A stretch of 64,000 nucleotides of DNA from an uncultured Clostridia bacterium (GCA_947649575.1 CANSRZ010000004.1:2107-66106); one strand, 5' to 3'. Positions 9,857 through 20,428 are shown, numbered from the stretch's first letter. The notes: generated by a model from the sequence alone, not told the origin. Program-made: numbers and translations.

Positions 9857-10887
9857 TTTTATCAGATTTGACTTTACAGGAAATTGTTGATTATGCAAAG
9901 GATAAAGGTTTGCCAAAATTTCGCGGCAAACAGATTTTTGACGGGATTTATAACGGCAAAAGTTTGAATGAAGTTTCAAATCTTCCTAAAAATTTGCTTG
10001 AAATTATTGAAAAAGAGTATCCAAAATATAAAATTGTTAAAAAACTTGTCAGCAAAGAGGACGGAACAAAGAAATATATTTTTGCAATGGGTGACGGTCA
10101 GGTTGTTGAGGGTGTTTTAATGGAATATAAATATGGGCATACTTTATGCATTTCAACGCAGGTGGGCTGTCGAATGGGATGCAAGTTTTGCGCTTCTGGC
10201 TTGAACGGCTTAATTCGCAATCTATCAGCGGGCGAAATCTTGGGACAGGTTTTGCTTGTGAATAATGACTTGGGCGGAGGACTGAACGACAGAAAAATAA
10301 CTAACCTTGTTTTAATGGGCAGTGGAGAGCCTCTTGATAACTATGAAAATCTTTCTAAGTTTTTGAAACTTATTTCAAGCGAAGACGGGCTGAATATAAG
10401 CCAACGCAATATATCAATTTCAACTTGCGGGCTTGTGCCAAACATATATAAACTTGCAGATGACGGATTTAATATAACACTGACAATCTCTTTGCATGCG
10501 CCTAATGACGAGATAAGAAAACAAACAATGCCAATTGCAAATCGTTATTCAATTGACCAAATCATGGAAGCGTGCAAATATTATTTTAATAAGACTGGAC
10601 GTAGAGTTATATTTGAATATACATTGATAAAAGGCGTCAACGACAGCAAAGAGAACGCGCAAGAACTTGCAAAACGCTTGAAAGGGCTTTCTTGTCATGT
10701 GAATGTTATTCCTTTGAATGAAGTTAAAGAGCGCTCGCTTAAAACGGTTACTCGTAATGAGGCTTATGCCTTTTGCGAAACACTTTCAAAGCTTGGACTT
10801 TCTGCAACCGTGCGAAGAACTATGGGCGAAGATATAAGCGGAGCGTGCGGACAACTTAGGAATAGTTATTTGGAGGGCAAAATATGA
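9853..10887 (+). CDS. rlmN: 23S rRNA/tRNA m2A methyltransferase (radical SAM)
   Basis: CISTQVGCRMGCKFCASG, MGSGEPL, DISGACGQL. Confidence 0.97.
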   Translation: MILSDLTLQEIVDYAKDKGLPKFRGKQIFDGIYNGKSLNEVSNLPKNLLEIIEKEYPKYKIVKKLVSKEDGTKKYIFAMGDGQVVEGVLMEYKYGHTLCISTQVGCRMGCKFCASGLNGLIRNLSAGEILGQVLLVNNDLGGGLNDRKITNLVLMGSGEPLDNYENLSKFLKLISSEDGLNISQRNISISTCGLVPNIYKLADDGFNITLTISLHAPNDEIRKQTMPIANRYSIDQIMEACKYYFNKTGRRVIFEYTLIKGVNDSKENAQELAKRLKGLSCHVNVIPLNEVKERSLKTVTRNEAYAFCETLSKLGLSATVRRTMGEDISGACGQLRNSYLEGKI

Positions 10888-11723
10888 CAGGGCTTGTGAT
10901 AAAAAAGAATGCAGACTTATTTACGATTGAAAGCGGAGATAAAATTTTTGAATTAAAGCCGAAAGGAACTTTAAAAAAGAATGGCATATTTGTAGGCGAC
11001 AAAGTTGAATTTTCTAACACGATTGATAAACTGTTGGAACGCAAAAATATTTTGATAAGACCGCCTCTTGCCAACCTTGATAAAATATTTATCGTTTTAT
11101 CTCCGTTGCCAAAACCAGATTTTCTATTGGTTGACAAAATGATACTTTGCTGTTTTGTTAAAGGCATTGAGCCAGTGCTTGTAATAAATAAAACCGACTT
11201 AATTGATGAAGAATTTGTTAAAAATGTGCAAAAAACTTACAAAAAAGTGTTAAAAATCATAAAAACCAGCGCGCATAAAAATGATGTTGAAGCGTTGACT
11301 AAACAAATTAAAGGCATATGTGCATTTGCAGGTCAAAGTGCAGTTGGCAAATCTAGTTTAATTAATGCTTTGTTTGGCGATAAAAAAGAAATTGTTGGCG
11401 ACCTCTCAAAAAAGATTGAGCGGGGCAAACAAACAACACGATTGGTTAGTTTGTATAAGTTTGGCAAAGGTTATATCGCTGATACGGCAGGCTTTTCTAG
11501 CCTCGAACTTGGCATGCTTGTGGACTTAACTCCGCAAGAAGTTGGCAGATATTATCCAGACTTTTTGCCTTATCTTGCCGAATGCAAATATCGCTCATGT
11601 TTGCACAAACTTAAAGTTGATTGCGCAATTATTGACCATGTTGAGAAAGGTGATATTGCCAAGATGCGTTATGAGAACTATTTAAAAATTATTGACAGTC
11701 TTGAAAACTTTAAAAAACGATAA
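10884..11723 (+). CDS. rsgA: Ribosome small subunit-dependent GTPase A
   Basis: Circularly permuted GTPase: NKTD, GQSAVGKSS, RGKQTT, DTAG; C-terminal CKYRSCLH Zn motif. Confidence 0.95.
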   Translation: MTGLVIKKNADLFTIESGDKIFELKPKGTLKKNGIFVGDKVEFSNTIDKLLERKNILIRPPLANLDKIFIVLSPLPKPDFLLVDKMILCCFVKGIEPVLVINKTDLIDEEFVKNVQKTYKKVLKIIKTSAHKNDVEALTKQIKGICAFAGQSAVGKSSLINALFGDKKEIVGDLSKKIERGKQTTRLVSLYKFGKGYIADTAGFSSLELGMLVDLTPQEVGRYYPDFLPYLAECKYRSCLHKLKVDCAIIDHVEKGDIAKMRYENYLKIIDSLENFKKR

Positions 11724-11733
11724 AGGAGTGTTT

Positions 11734-12405
11734 ATGAAAAAAAATATTTATATTTCAGTTTCAACCGACCCAATAAATGATTATCAAAAAGTTGTGGACT
11801 ATGCAAAAGAGCTTCAAGGGCAGACTGATTTTTTGCACTGTGATATTATGGATGGCAAATTTGTAAACAAAAAAACTTATGATGATGTGGTTGTTAAATC
11901 AATCAACTCAAATTGCTTGACAATGCTCGACGTTCATCTTATGGTGGAAGAGCCTGAAAATTGTTATCAAAAATATATTGACGCGGGTGCAAATATTTTG
12001 ACCTTTCATTATGAGGCAGTCAAAGATAAAAGCATTTTACCAGAGCTGATAAAGGATATAAAAGACAGGCATACTCTTGTTGGGCTGTCAATCAAGCCTG
12101 AAACACAGTTTAAAGAATTTAAAATGTTTCTTTATGACATTGACGTTGTTTTGGTGATGAGTGTTGAGCCAGGCTTAAGCGGGCAAAGGTTTATGCCAGA
12201 GGTTATTGATAAAATTAAAGAACTTGAAAAGTTTAGGGTTGACAATAATCTTGATTTTAAGATTGAGATTGACGGCGGCATATCAGAGGAAAACGCTAAA
12301 ATAGTAGTTGACGCCGGCGTAGATATGCTTGTAAGCGGAAGCTATGTTTATAATAGCAAAGATAGAGTTGCCGCAATAAGCACATTAAAAAATTGCACCA
12401 AATAA
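11734..12405 (+). CDS. rpe: Ribulose-phosphate 3-epimerase
   Basis: LHCDIMDGKFV, DVHLMV, MSVEPGLSGQRF, IEIDGG; follows rsgA; N-terminus is divergent. Confidence 0.93.
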   Translation: MKKNIYISVSTDPINDYQKVVDYAKELQGQTDFLHCDIMDGKFVNKKTYDDVVVKSINSNCLTMLDVHLMVEEPENCYQKYIDAGANILTFHYEAVKDKSILPELIKDIKDRHTLVGLSIKPETQFKEFKMFLYDIDVVLVMSVEPGLSGQRFMPEVIDKIKELEKFRVDNNLDFKIEIDGGISEENAKIVVDAGVDMLVSGSYVYNSKDRVAAISTLKNCTK

Positions 12406-12483
12406 AAAAGTGTGAAACAAATTGTGAAAAACTTGCACAAAATGTTTCACATATAAAAATAATAACTATTATAAAAAATTTAT

Positions 12484-12714
12484 CTATAATATCACAACAT
12501 TGCCACAAAGCACATCAAAGTATGAAAAGGTTTGCAAATTGCCGTCCTGCTCGGTTGGCACTACTGTAAACACACTTGGATAGACATCTTTAATCACGCA
12601 GTTGATTTTGTCTATCTTTTTTCTTCCTCTGTTTATGTTCATAGCAACTTCCACGCCTTTAAGTGCTTTAATTTGATTTTTGACGTCTTCAAGTCCAAGA
12701 TTGATTTTTCTCAT
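12484..12714 (-). CDS. veg: Veg family protein
   Basis: NRGRKK...DVYPSVFTV...TFSYFDVLCG. Confidence 0.9.
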   Translation of the reverse strand: MRKINLGLEDVKNQIKALKGVEVAMNINRGRKKIDKINCVIKDVYPSVFTVVPTEQDGNLQTFSYFDVLCGNVVIL

Positions 12715-12756
12715 TTTGACCTATCCTTTTAATTTTCTAAATTTTTGCCAAGAATT

Positions 12757-12787
12757 TGAAATTTTATACAAATTTTTGTCATACATT
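12757..12787 (+). promoter_or_regulatory. Putative sigmaE promoter for the sipL-like gene
   Basis: CATACATT -10 at 12780-12787 upstream of a coat morphogenetic gene; -35 weak. Confidence 0.5.
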
Positions 12788-12838
12788 TGATTTTTGCCGA
12801 GTAAGATATAGCGAAAATCTTTTTTCAGGGGGAATGAT

Positions 12839-14359
12839 ATGGCATTTGAAGCAAATAATTTTAATGTGGCTAGAAAAGTTGTTTTACCAAAGAGCGAAGT
12901 CAATGTTGAATGTAATATTTCAATCACTGACGAAATAACAAAAGTGCTTTCTGTTTCGGCAGAGGCTTGTGTCAGCGGAAGCGAAGTTTTGAACGGAGTT
13001 ATCAATTATTCCGCTTATGCTGATGTTTGCATTGTTTATCTTAATAATGAGGGGGAAATTGGCAAAGTTAACTCAACCTGTCCTTTTTCATCCAAAATTT
13101 CAAAAGAAAGCATTAAAAACGGACAAAAAGCAGTTATCAATTTAAAAGTCAGCGATTGCTCTGTTGAAAGCGCAAGCGGAGATAATGTTAAAGCTGTTTG
13201 CAACATTGAAGAAGAGGCTTTTGTTGTTGAGAACGTTGAAGTTAAGTCTGTTAAGAGTAGTGACGAAGATGTTTGCTGTGCAGAAGAAGTGATTAACGTT
13301 AATCGTTTTATTGGCGAGGCTAATGACACGGCAGAAATCACAAGCGAGCTTAGTTTGCGAGAGCCAATTAAGCGTGTGATTTTAACTGAAAGCCAGGTGC
13401 TTTTAAAATCTGTTGAAAGCGGAAGCAATTTTGTTTCAATTTCTGGCGAAGTTGTTTCAAGAGTTTTATATTTGACAGAAAATGATAAGTTCGAGGCAGG
13501 ATATATTTATGAAAATTTTAAGCAAGAACTTGAACTTGAGGGCGCAACTCGTGAAAGCGAAGTTGAAGCTCATGCTTGTATCAAAAGAGACAGCGTAAAA
13601 GTTTCTCTTGAACAAGAAGAAAAAGGTGGCAAGATTATTCTTGAAATTCCTGTTGCGTTATCAGTTAAGGCTTATGAAAAAGTTGAAGCGCTTGTTGTTA
13701 AAGATTTGTATTCAACTCAAAATGACTTAAAAATCACAACTATGTCATTTGATATGACTTGCGTTTGTCCTGCAAGCGTTATTGAAAGCAAGATTGACGG
13801 CAGTTTAACTCTCGGCGATGATAGACCTCGTGTTGATAAAATTATGTTTGTTGGCGGAAACAGTGTTGTTGTGACAAATTCATTCTTATCAAACGGCGAA
13901 ATCACAATCGAGGGCATTGCCAGAACAAGTGTTGTTTATCTTAATGATGAAGATAGTTCTCTTAATTCAGTTGCATTGGAAGTGCCTTTCGTGATAACTG
14001 ATAAATTTGATGTTGAAAACGAGGGCGGAACTTTAAACATCTCAGCAATTGTGTGTGACGTTGATGTGGCTGTTAAACGTGGACGCGAACTTTTCTATGA
14101 TGCAAAAATCAAGGCATATGTAAATTATAGTTGTGACGAAGTGTCTGGTGTTATCTCAGAGGTCGAAGCTGTTGAGGCGTATGCTGAAAAAGACTATGGC
14201 ATGGAACTTGTGTTTGCAAAAGCTGGGCAAACTTCATGGGATATTGCAAAAGAGGCAAGGGTTAAAGAGGATCTTTTGCTCGCTCAAAATCCAGAGGTTG
14301 TGTTCCCTCTTCAAGACGATGAAAAACTTGTTTTATTCTATCAAAAAGTTAATGGCTAA
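12839..14359 (+). CDS. SipL-like spore coat assembly protein (three SPOCS/DUF3794-type domains, degenerate C-terminal LysM)
   Basis: Three repeated V/E-rich domains with VxYLxxE motifs; C-terminal GQTSWDIAKE...QNP; adjacent to veg and spoIIR. Confidence 0.75.
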   Translation: MAFEANNFNVARKVVLPKSEVNVECNISITDEITKVLSVSAEACVSGSEVLNGVINYSAYADVCIVYLNNEGEIGKVNSTCPFSSKISKESIKNGQKAVINLKVSDCSVESASGDNVKAVCNIEEEAFVVENVEVKSVKSSDEDVCCAEEVINVNRFIGEANDTAEITSELSLREPIKRVILTESQVLLKSVESGSNFVSISGEVVSRVLYLTENDKFEAGYIYENFKQELELEGATRESEVEAHACIKRDSVKVSLEQEEKGGKIILEIPVALSVKAYEKVEALVVKDLYSTQNDLKITTMSFDMTCVCPASVIESKIDGSLTLGDDRPRVDKIMFVGGNSVVVTNSFLSNGEITIEGIARTSVVYLNDEDSSLNSVALEVPFVITDKFDVENEGGTLNISAIVCDVDVAVKRGRELFYDAKIKAYVNYSCDEVSGVISEVEAVEAYAEKDYGMELVFAKAGQTSWDIAKEARVKEDLLLAQNPEVVFPLQDDEKLVLFYQKVNG

Positions 14360-14496
14360 AACAAAGTCATTCCTCCTAACAAAATGTTGGCTGAAAATCT
14401 CAGTCGACATTTTTTGTTGCTATTGTTTAAAATTTTCAACTTTTTATTGAGTTTTTTATGCTTTTTAGGTTAATTATTGACCAAGGAGAAAAAATT

Positions 14497-15033
14497 ATGA
14501 AATATATGTTGTCATTTTTATGCGTTGCTGGAATTGTTCTTGCTTTATGCTTATGCGGATTTAAAAGCCCAAAACAAGAGACTCTTTTGCCAGAAAATTA
14601 TTTGAGAATTCATATCAGAGCCAACTCTGACAAGCCAATCGACCAAGAGGTGAAATATAAAGTTAAAGATGCAGTTGTTGAAGCGCTTATTCCAATCCTT
14701 GCCCAATGTGAAGATAAAAGCGAAGCGGTCAAAGTACTGAAAAAGAATTTTTCATATATAGAAAAAGTTGCAAACAATGTGCTTGGGGCTTGTGGATTTG
14801 ACTATACTTCTCATGCAAAATTTGATAAGGAGTTTTTTCCGACTCGTGTTTATGACAATCTTGTTTTGCCTGAGGGCGAATATGATAGCCTTATTTTAAA
14901 CCTTGGCAGTGGCAGTGGAAACAATTGGTGGTGTGTGGTTTATCCAGCTTTTTGCTTTCTGGAAACAAAAAATTCCGACAATATTGTATATATTTCGCAA
15001 ATTTGGGACATCATTAAAAATGTAATAAGATAA
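14497..15033 (+). CDS. spoIIR: Stage II sporulation protein R
   Basis: LRIHIRANSD, FPTRVY, LPEGEYDSL, GNNWWCVVYP. Confidence 0.95.
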   Translation: MKYMLSFLCVAGIVLALCLCGFKSPKQETLLPENYLRIHIRANSDKPIDQEVKYKVKDAVVEALIPILAQCEDKSEAVKVLKKNFSYIEKVANNVLGACGFDYTSHAKFDKEFFPTRVYDNLVLPEGEYDSLILNLGSGSGNNWWCVVYPAFCFLETKNSDNIVYISQIWDIIKNVIR

Positions 15034-15065
15034 AAGCAAAGTTATCTTTAAAAAAGGGAGGAGAA

Positions 15066-15746
15066 ATGAAAAAATTTTTAATTGCCTTTTGCTGTATGTT
15101 TTTTGTACTAGCAATGGCGGGTGCAGGTGTTGGATTTACATATGCAAACAAAAGCAATGTGGAGGTTATTGAAACTTTAACAACCTCGCAAAACAAACAG
15201 GTTCAGACAAAGCTTAAAAACTGGGGATATTATAAGGGCAATGTTGACGGCATTTATGGACCTAAAACAAAAGAAGCTGTGAAATATTTTCAAAGAAAAA
15301 ACGGGCTTACTGTTGACGGGATTGTTGGCAAAAAAACAGCTGCTGCAATGGGGATTAGTTTAACAACAAGTGGTGGCAGTGGGACAAATCAGTCAAGTTC
15401 TGACCTTGCTCTTCTTGCAAGATGCGTTCACGCCGAGGCAAGAGGTGAAAGCTATGTTGGACAGGTGGCTGTTGCTGCTGTTATCTTAAACAGAGTTAAA
15501 AACAAAAACTTTCCAAACTCAATCGCTGGCGTAATTTATCAACCATGGGCTTTCACTTGTGTTAACGACGGGCAAATCAATTTAGCCCCAAATCAAACCT
15601 CAATGAAAGCGGCGCAAGACGCTATGAATGGTTGGGATCCAACTTATGGAGCAATTTATTATTATAACCCAAGAACGGCTACAAGCAGTTGGATTTTTTC
15701 AAGAAAAACAACTGTGACAATTGGTCAACATGTGTTTGCGGTGTAG
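15066..15746 (+). CDS. sleB: Spore cortex-lytic enzyme
   Basis: PG-binding domain (DGIYGPKT...DGIVG) plus LLARCVHAEARGE and QVAVAAVILNRV. Confidence 0.95.
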   Translation: MKKFLIAFCCMFFVLAMAGAGVGFTYANKSNVEVIETLTTSQNKQVQTKLKNWGYYKGNVDGIYGPKTKEAVKYFQRKNGLTVDGIVGKKTAAAMGISLTTSGGSGTNQSSSDLALLARCVHAEARGESYVGQVAVAAVILNRVKNKNFPNSIAGVIYQPWAFTCVNDGQINLAPNQTSMKAAQDAMNGWDPTYGAIYYYNPRTATSSWIFSRKTTVTIGQHVFAV

Positions 15747-15757
15747 GAGGTTAAGTT

Positions 15758-17218
15758 ATGACAGAGCAAAAAATTAGCAAAAAAGAAAGTAAAAATCAAG
15801 AAAAAGTACAAAATAACTTTCCAAATGTTAAAAATAACGATAAAAAAGAAAACAAAAAGCAAAATAAACCTGCAAGCGCAAAGGCTAAAAATGGAGTTAT
15901 TATCGGTCTTGCAATTGCAACTGGCGTGCTTGGAGCATCCACAATCGGTCTTGCAATTTCGACAGGCATAACTGCTGACAAAGCAGAAGATTATGGCAAT
16001 CGTTTGGAGGCTGTTTATCAAAAATCTTTCTATGATTTAGTGGATAATGTTAACAATGCAGAGATAAAACTTTCCAAAGTTTTGGCGTCAAGCACTTCAA
16101 GTTTTCAAAAGAAAATGTTAACTGAGGTTGCTGACAATGCATCTAACGCACAAGTTAGTTTTTCATCGTTGCCACTCACTCAAAGCAGTTTGAACGATGC
16201 ATCGGGGCTTTTGAATCAACTTGGTGGCTATACAAAAACTTTGACTGAAAAGCTAGCAAAAGGCGAAAACTTGACTAACGAAGAAATTGAAACTCTTGAC
16301 AAACTTCACAGCGTGCTTGTTGAAATTAAAGCACATTTAAACAAGCTTTCAATCAAGATGAGAGAGGGTTATAACATTCTTGATAACAGTTTGAATGTTG
16401 ACACTGATAACAATTTTACTCTTGATTTATCAAAAATCAAAACAGTTGATGTTGAATATCCAACAATGATTTATGATGGCCCATTCTCCGACAGTGTTAC
16501 AAATGTTGCTGTCAAAGGCTTGAAAGGAAGCAAGGTCAGCAAAGATGCCGTTAAAGAAAAAATTACAAAACTTTTCAAAAATATTATTTCGCTTGACTTT
16601 GAGCAAGATACTATTGGAAGATTTGAAACATATAACTATCGTCTTAGAACTTCTGATAACACATTGCTTTATGTTCAGGTTACTCAGATTGGTGGACATA
16701 TGTTGACGGTTAGTGGTGCTAGCGGAAATGACGGTCAAGTGACTATGGATATGGCGGATGCTCAAACTTTGGCTGTGGATTTTGCCAAAGCTAATGGCAT
16801 AGAAAATCCGCTTGTAGTTTGGACTGACCAAGTTGACAGCCAAGGCTATTTCAATATTGCGCCAACCCAAAATGGAGTTGTGCTTTATCCAGACCTTGTT
16901 AAAGTTAAGGTGGACTTAAACAGCAGAACAGTTGTGGGTTATGATTCAACTTCATATTTCACAAATCACACGTCAAGAAATATAGAAAAAGCGTCATACA
17001 GCCAAGACAGCGCAAGAGTTAAAGTGCCAGAAAGCTTTGTTATTCAAAGCGAACGTGTTGTGCTTGCTCCGCTTGACTATAACCGCGAGGTGCTTTGTTA
17101 TGAGTTTGCTTGCATGAATGATGATAACGAATATTATTTCTATATCAATGCCAAAACTGGCGACGATGAAAATATTCTTCGAGTTATCAAAACAGAGCAA
17201 GGCAATAAATTGCTATAA
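15758..17218 (+). CDS. ypeB: Germination protein YpeB
   Basis: YQKSFYDL, YPTMIYDGPFSD, LYPDLVKVKV, C-terminal PepSY-like YINAKTG; follows sleB. Confidence 0.93.
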   Translation: MTEQKISKKESKNQEKVQNNFPNVKNNDKKENKKQNKPASAKAKNGVIIGLAIATGVLGASTIGLAISTGITADKAEDYGNRLEAVYQKSFYDLVDNVNNAEIKLSKVLASSTSSFQKKMLTEVADNASNAQVSFSSLPLTQSSLNDASGLLNQLGGYTKTLTEKLAKGENLTNEEIETLDKLHSVLVEIKAHLNKLSIKMREGYNILDNSLNVDTDNNFTLDLSKIKTVDVEYPTMIYDGPFSDSVTNVAVKGLKGSKVSKDAVKEKITKLFKNIISLDFEQDTIGRFETYNYRLRTSDNTLLYVQVTQIGGHMLTVSGASGNDGQVTMDMADAQTLAVDFAKANGIENPLVVWTDQVDSQGYFNIAPTQNGVVLYPDLVKVKVDLNSRTVVGYDSTSYFTNHTSRNIEKASYSQDSARVKVPESFVIQSERVVLAPLDYNREVLCYEFACMNDDNEYYFYINAKTGDDENILRVIKTEQGNKLL

Positions 17219-17232
17219 AATCAAAAATTTAC

Positions 17233-17263
17233 AAAAAAAAGAAGCAAAATGCTTCTTTTTTTT
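17233..17263 (+). terminator. Intrinsic terminator after ypeB
   Basis: AAAAAAAAGAAGCA-AAA-TGCTTCTTTTTTTT. Confidence 0.7.
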
Positions 17264-17332
17264 GTAATTTTTAGAATATTGCGATATGAAATTGTTATGA
17301 CACAGTACTTTAAAAACAAGAATTGATTATTT

Positions 17333-17452
17333 TCAGTCGCCAAGCGCAGGGGCTTGTAACTGCATAAAGCAGAGATTTCTCCGCTTTGCCCTGACGGGCT
17401 TCGGTAAAAATGACAATGCTTTGGCACCTCCTTTTTGTTATGAACGAATGTA
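17333..17452 (-). repeat. Degenerate family A fragments
   Basis: Minus strand CATTCGTTCATAACAA (from ~17451) and CAAGC-CCCTGC-GCTTG-GCGACTG (17356-17334). Confidence 0.55.
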
Positions 17453-17511
17453 ATGAATATTTAATTGCAGTTTATTGACACTCGCTGAGCAGTTGGCTCA
17501 AAAATTGGATA

Positions 17512-17540
17512 TTGACTTATGGAAACTTTTGTTGTATAAT
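17512..17540 (+). promoter_or_regulatory. Ordinary sigmaA promoter (no G tract) for the GLUG gene at 17559
   Basis: TTGACT-17 bp-TATAAT. Confidence 0.7.
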
Positions 17541-17558
17541 AAACTCAGGAGTTTTTAA

Positions 17559-20420
17559 ATGAAAAAGTTTTTATTTGGCATTATTTCTTTAGTAGTTTTG
17601 CTTTTTATCGGATTTTCTACATATTATGTTGTAAGGGACAATGAAACGGTCGCTTATACTGTTAGCGATAAAGAAACAATCTATGTTAATATTGGCGAGG
17701 TTTTTGAGTCGCCAGTTATTCATGAGCATAAAGCTAAAAATAGCGTTGTGAATGTTAGTTTATCTAATAATAATCTTGTTTATGACGATGTTAGACAAGA
17801 GTTTACTGCTTCTAAAGTAGGCTCAACTACTGTGACATGTGTTCCATCAAAGTCAAAATTCTCAGCAATCACTTTTACAGTCAAAATCGGCAATGGCTCA
17901 GTTAATAATCCATTCTATATCAGAAATCAAGCAGACCTTAACAAGGTTGGAAAAACTTCAACTTGGACACTCTCTTCAAGTTATGAACTTGTTGAGGATA
18001 TAACTTTGACTGAGGCTTTATCTCCAATCGGCGACGCTAACAGTTTGTTTATAGGCAACTTCTTCGGTGGCGAAGTTATGCATAAGATTTCTAATATCAA
18101 TATTACAAGTGATAAAAATGTTGGCGGTTTCTTTGGAGGAATTGGCTCTTCTGCAAGAATTGAACGCATTGTGTTTGAAAATATCTCTGTGAGCGGTAGC
18201 TTTGATTATGCAGGTGCAATTGCAGGTATTAACTATGGCTTTATTGGTCAATGTGAGGTTTTGAATGCTGTTATCAACAACAGCAGGCGGGACGCTTACA
18301 CTGGCGGAGTTGTTGGGCTTAACAAAAGTTTAGGTGCATTTGCACAACTTACACTTGTTACTTTTAGTGGCTCGATTTCAGCACAAGGCTATATCGGTGG
18401 CTTTGTCGGCAAAAGTGAGGGCGGAGTTGTTGATAATTGCTATGGTAAGGTTAGCGCTTTGTTAATTTCAAAAGATAGTGTATTCGGAGGAATTGCTGGC
18501 TTTAACACATACAGCAATGTTGTTATAAACGACTTGACAAAATATATAAACTCAAAATATCTTAACAATATCATTCAAATGAACAATGTCAGCGAGCTTG
18601 GCAAATATTATACAGCAATCGGAAAAAGCGTTGTACTTTCTTCAATGCCAACAAGCTTTACTTATTATGACATGATATTGGCTTGCTCAGCAGGGAGTTA
18701 TTCTCCTATTGGAGAGCATGGCAATGATTATGGTTTGACTACAGATAACTCTTCATCGGTAGGTTACTATGCAAATATTTCACCTGAAGATTTGACAAAC
18801 AGAACAACTTTCACAGGTGTTGATGGCTCTATTTGGGATTTTAAAGATTTTTGGGCTATAAATAATAGTGATTTGTTCATTAATTATGAACATTGTGCAG
18901 GCTCTTATCCTATTCTTCCTGAAAGGGCGTCTGTCAACACTGAACTTTCAACTGTGGCAAGTGTTAAGACTGCAATCCAACTTTTGCGAGATTATCCAGG
19001 TGCTAATCTTGAATTTAAGATTGTGAAAAATCTTTTGATAGACTTTGAGGGAGCAACTTTTGAACCAATCGGCTCCATTGAAAATCCTTTTGTTGGGAAA
19101 TTGACTGCGGCTGATGACGTTACTGTAAGAATCAGAAATTTTAATATTGTAACAACACAAGAATATGCAGGATTTTTTGGAGTTATCCAAGGTAACGACA
19201 CACTTATCAAAAATATAGAGTTTATGGGTGGCACTTATCAAGGCTCTTGCATAGGAGGCATTGCAGGATATAATAATGGCGCTACAATAGAGAACTGCTC
19301 AACTGAAAGTTTTACAATGAAAGCAACAAATATTGCTGGCGGTGTTGTTGGTTTTAACAATGGAAACATTGTTGGCGGTGGCGCTAACATTGGCGGAGGC
19401 TATTGCATAATTGAAGCCGATGAATTTTCAGGGCAGGATTTGACTATTGGCATTGTTGTTGGAGAAAATCGCGGACATGTAACAGACGTTGAAGCCAGCA
19501 TGGTTAATGTTTCTGTTTATTCTGAAAGCGATAAGCCAATTTATATTGGCGGAATTATCGGCAAGCAAAATGGTGGCGTTGTGTCTGGCGTTTCAAATTA
19601 TAATCTCAACATCACTGCCGACAAATTGAAAGGAGTAAGTTATTGCGGTGGCTTGGTTGGCTATATGGACGGAGGAGTTTTGGAAAACAGTTTTATCTCT
19701 GGCTATAAAGCAAGTTTGTCATTTGCAAGTGACAAAGCTATTTCAGGCGGACTTGTTGGATTTTTAGGCGAAAATGCTGAAATCGTGAGCTGTTTGTTTG
19801 ATAACGGTAATGTTACAGCTAAAAGAGTTGCTGGAATAGTAGGTCTTCAATATGGAGAAGTGAACAAATGCGCAGTTATGGCAAATGTTATCTTAGACGG
19901 ATATTTTGCAGGTGGACTCAGCTATGATTGCCACGGCATTTTGAGAAATTCATATTCACTTGCAACTCTTAAGGGTTCTTCTATTGAGGCAGGCTTTGTT
20001 GTTTATTTGAACACTAATGCAAGTGTAAGATATTGCTATAACTATTGCTCATACACTGGAACTGGCGATGCTTATTGCGAAACTGCAACAAAGTTTAGAA
20101 GCGACAAGGCAAATCGTGAATTTAAAAATAATATCGTTGTTGGCAGAATGCAGGGCGGAGATGGAATTTTAGGAGATACTTTTGTAACAAAAGTTTATGG
20201 ACGCGATGATATAAAGACTGTAAAAATTCAAACTCGCATGGGATATAACAAAGGCTCATTTACAATTGTGTCACAGGATGTTGCACTTGGCACAAGCTCA
20301 TTTGTAGAATTCTCTAAGGCAGGCTTTGACAGCAATATTTGGAATATTTATGGCGTAAGCGGTGAAGAGGGACAATATTTGACTTTAAAAGATTTGTCAG
20401 AAATCCCTGTTGAAGAATAA
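17559..20420 (+). CDS. Membrane-anchored or secreted GLUG-motif protein, a divergent member lacking the cassette features
   Basis: N-terminal hydrophobic helix; GNGSVNNPFYI; many GGxxGxN repeats; no shared leader or tail. Confidence 0.75.
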   Translation: MKKFLFGIISLVVLLFIGFSTYYVVRDNETVAYTVSDKETIYVNIGEVFESPVIHEHKAKNSVVNVSLSNNNLVYDDVRQEFTASKVGSTTVTCVPSKSKFSAITFTVKIGNGSVNNPFYIRNQADLNKVGKTSTWTLSSSYELVEDITLTEALSPIGDANSLFIGNFFGGEVMHKISNINITSDKNVGGFFGGIGSSARIERIVFENISVSGSFDYAGAIAGINYGFIGQCEVLNAVINNSRRDAYTGGVVGLNKSLGAFAQLTLVTFSGSISAQGYIGGFVGKSEGGVVDNCYGKVSALLISKDSVFGGIAGFNTYSNVVINDLTKYINSKYLNNIIQMNNVSELGKYYTAIGKSVVLSSMPTSFTYYDMILACSAGSYSPIGEHGNDYGLTTDNSSSVGYYANISPEDLTNRTTFTGVDGSIWDFKDFWAINNSDLFINYEHCAGSYPILPERASVNTELSTVASVKTAIQLLRDYPGANLEFKIVKNLLIDFEGATFEPIGSIENPFVGKLTAADDVTVRIRNFNIVTTQEYAGFFGVIQGNDTLIKNIEFMGGTYQGSCIGGIAGYNNGATIENCSTESFTMKATNIAGGVVGFNNGNIVGGGANIGGGYCIIEADEFSGQDLTIGIVVGENRGHVTDVEASMVNVSVYSESDKPIYIGGIIGKQNGGVVSGVSNYNLNITADKLKGVSYCGGLVGYMDGGVLENSFISGYKASLSFASDKAISGGLVGFLGENAEIVSCLFDNGNVTAKRVAGIVGLQYGEVNKCAVMANVILDGYFAGGLSYDCHGILRNSYSLATLKGSSIEAGFVVYLNTNASVRYCYNYCSYTGTGDAYCETATKFRSDKANREFKNNIVVGRMQGGDGILGDTFVTKVYGRDDIKTVKIQTRMGYNKGSFTIVSQDVALGTSSFVEFSKAGFDSNIWNIYGVSGEEGQYLTLKDLSEIPVEE

Positions 20421-20428
20421 ATAAAAAC

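Noticed and set aside
17221-17427. 68-aa minus-strand ORF or ncRNA in the ypeB-GLUG gap
   Set aside because: It overlaps repeat fragments and a terminator, and I recognise no protein or RNA family in it.
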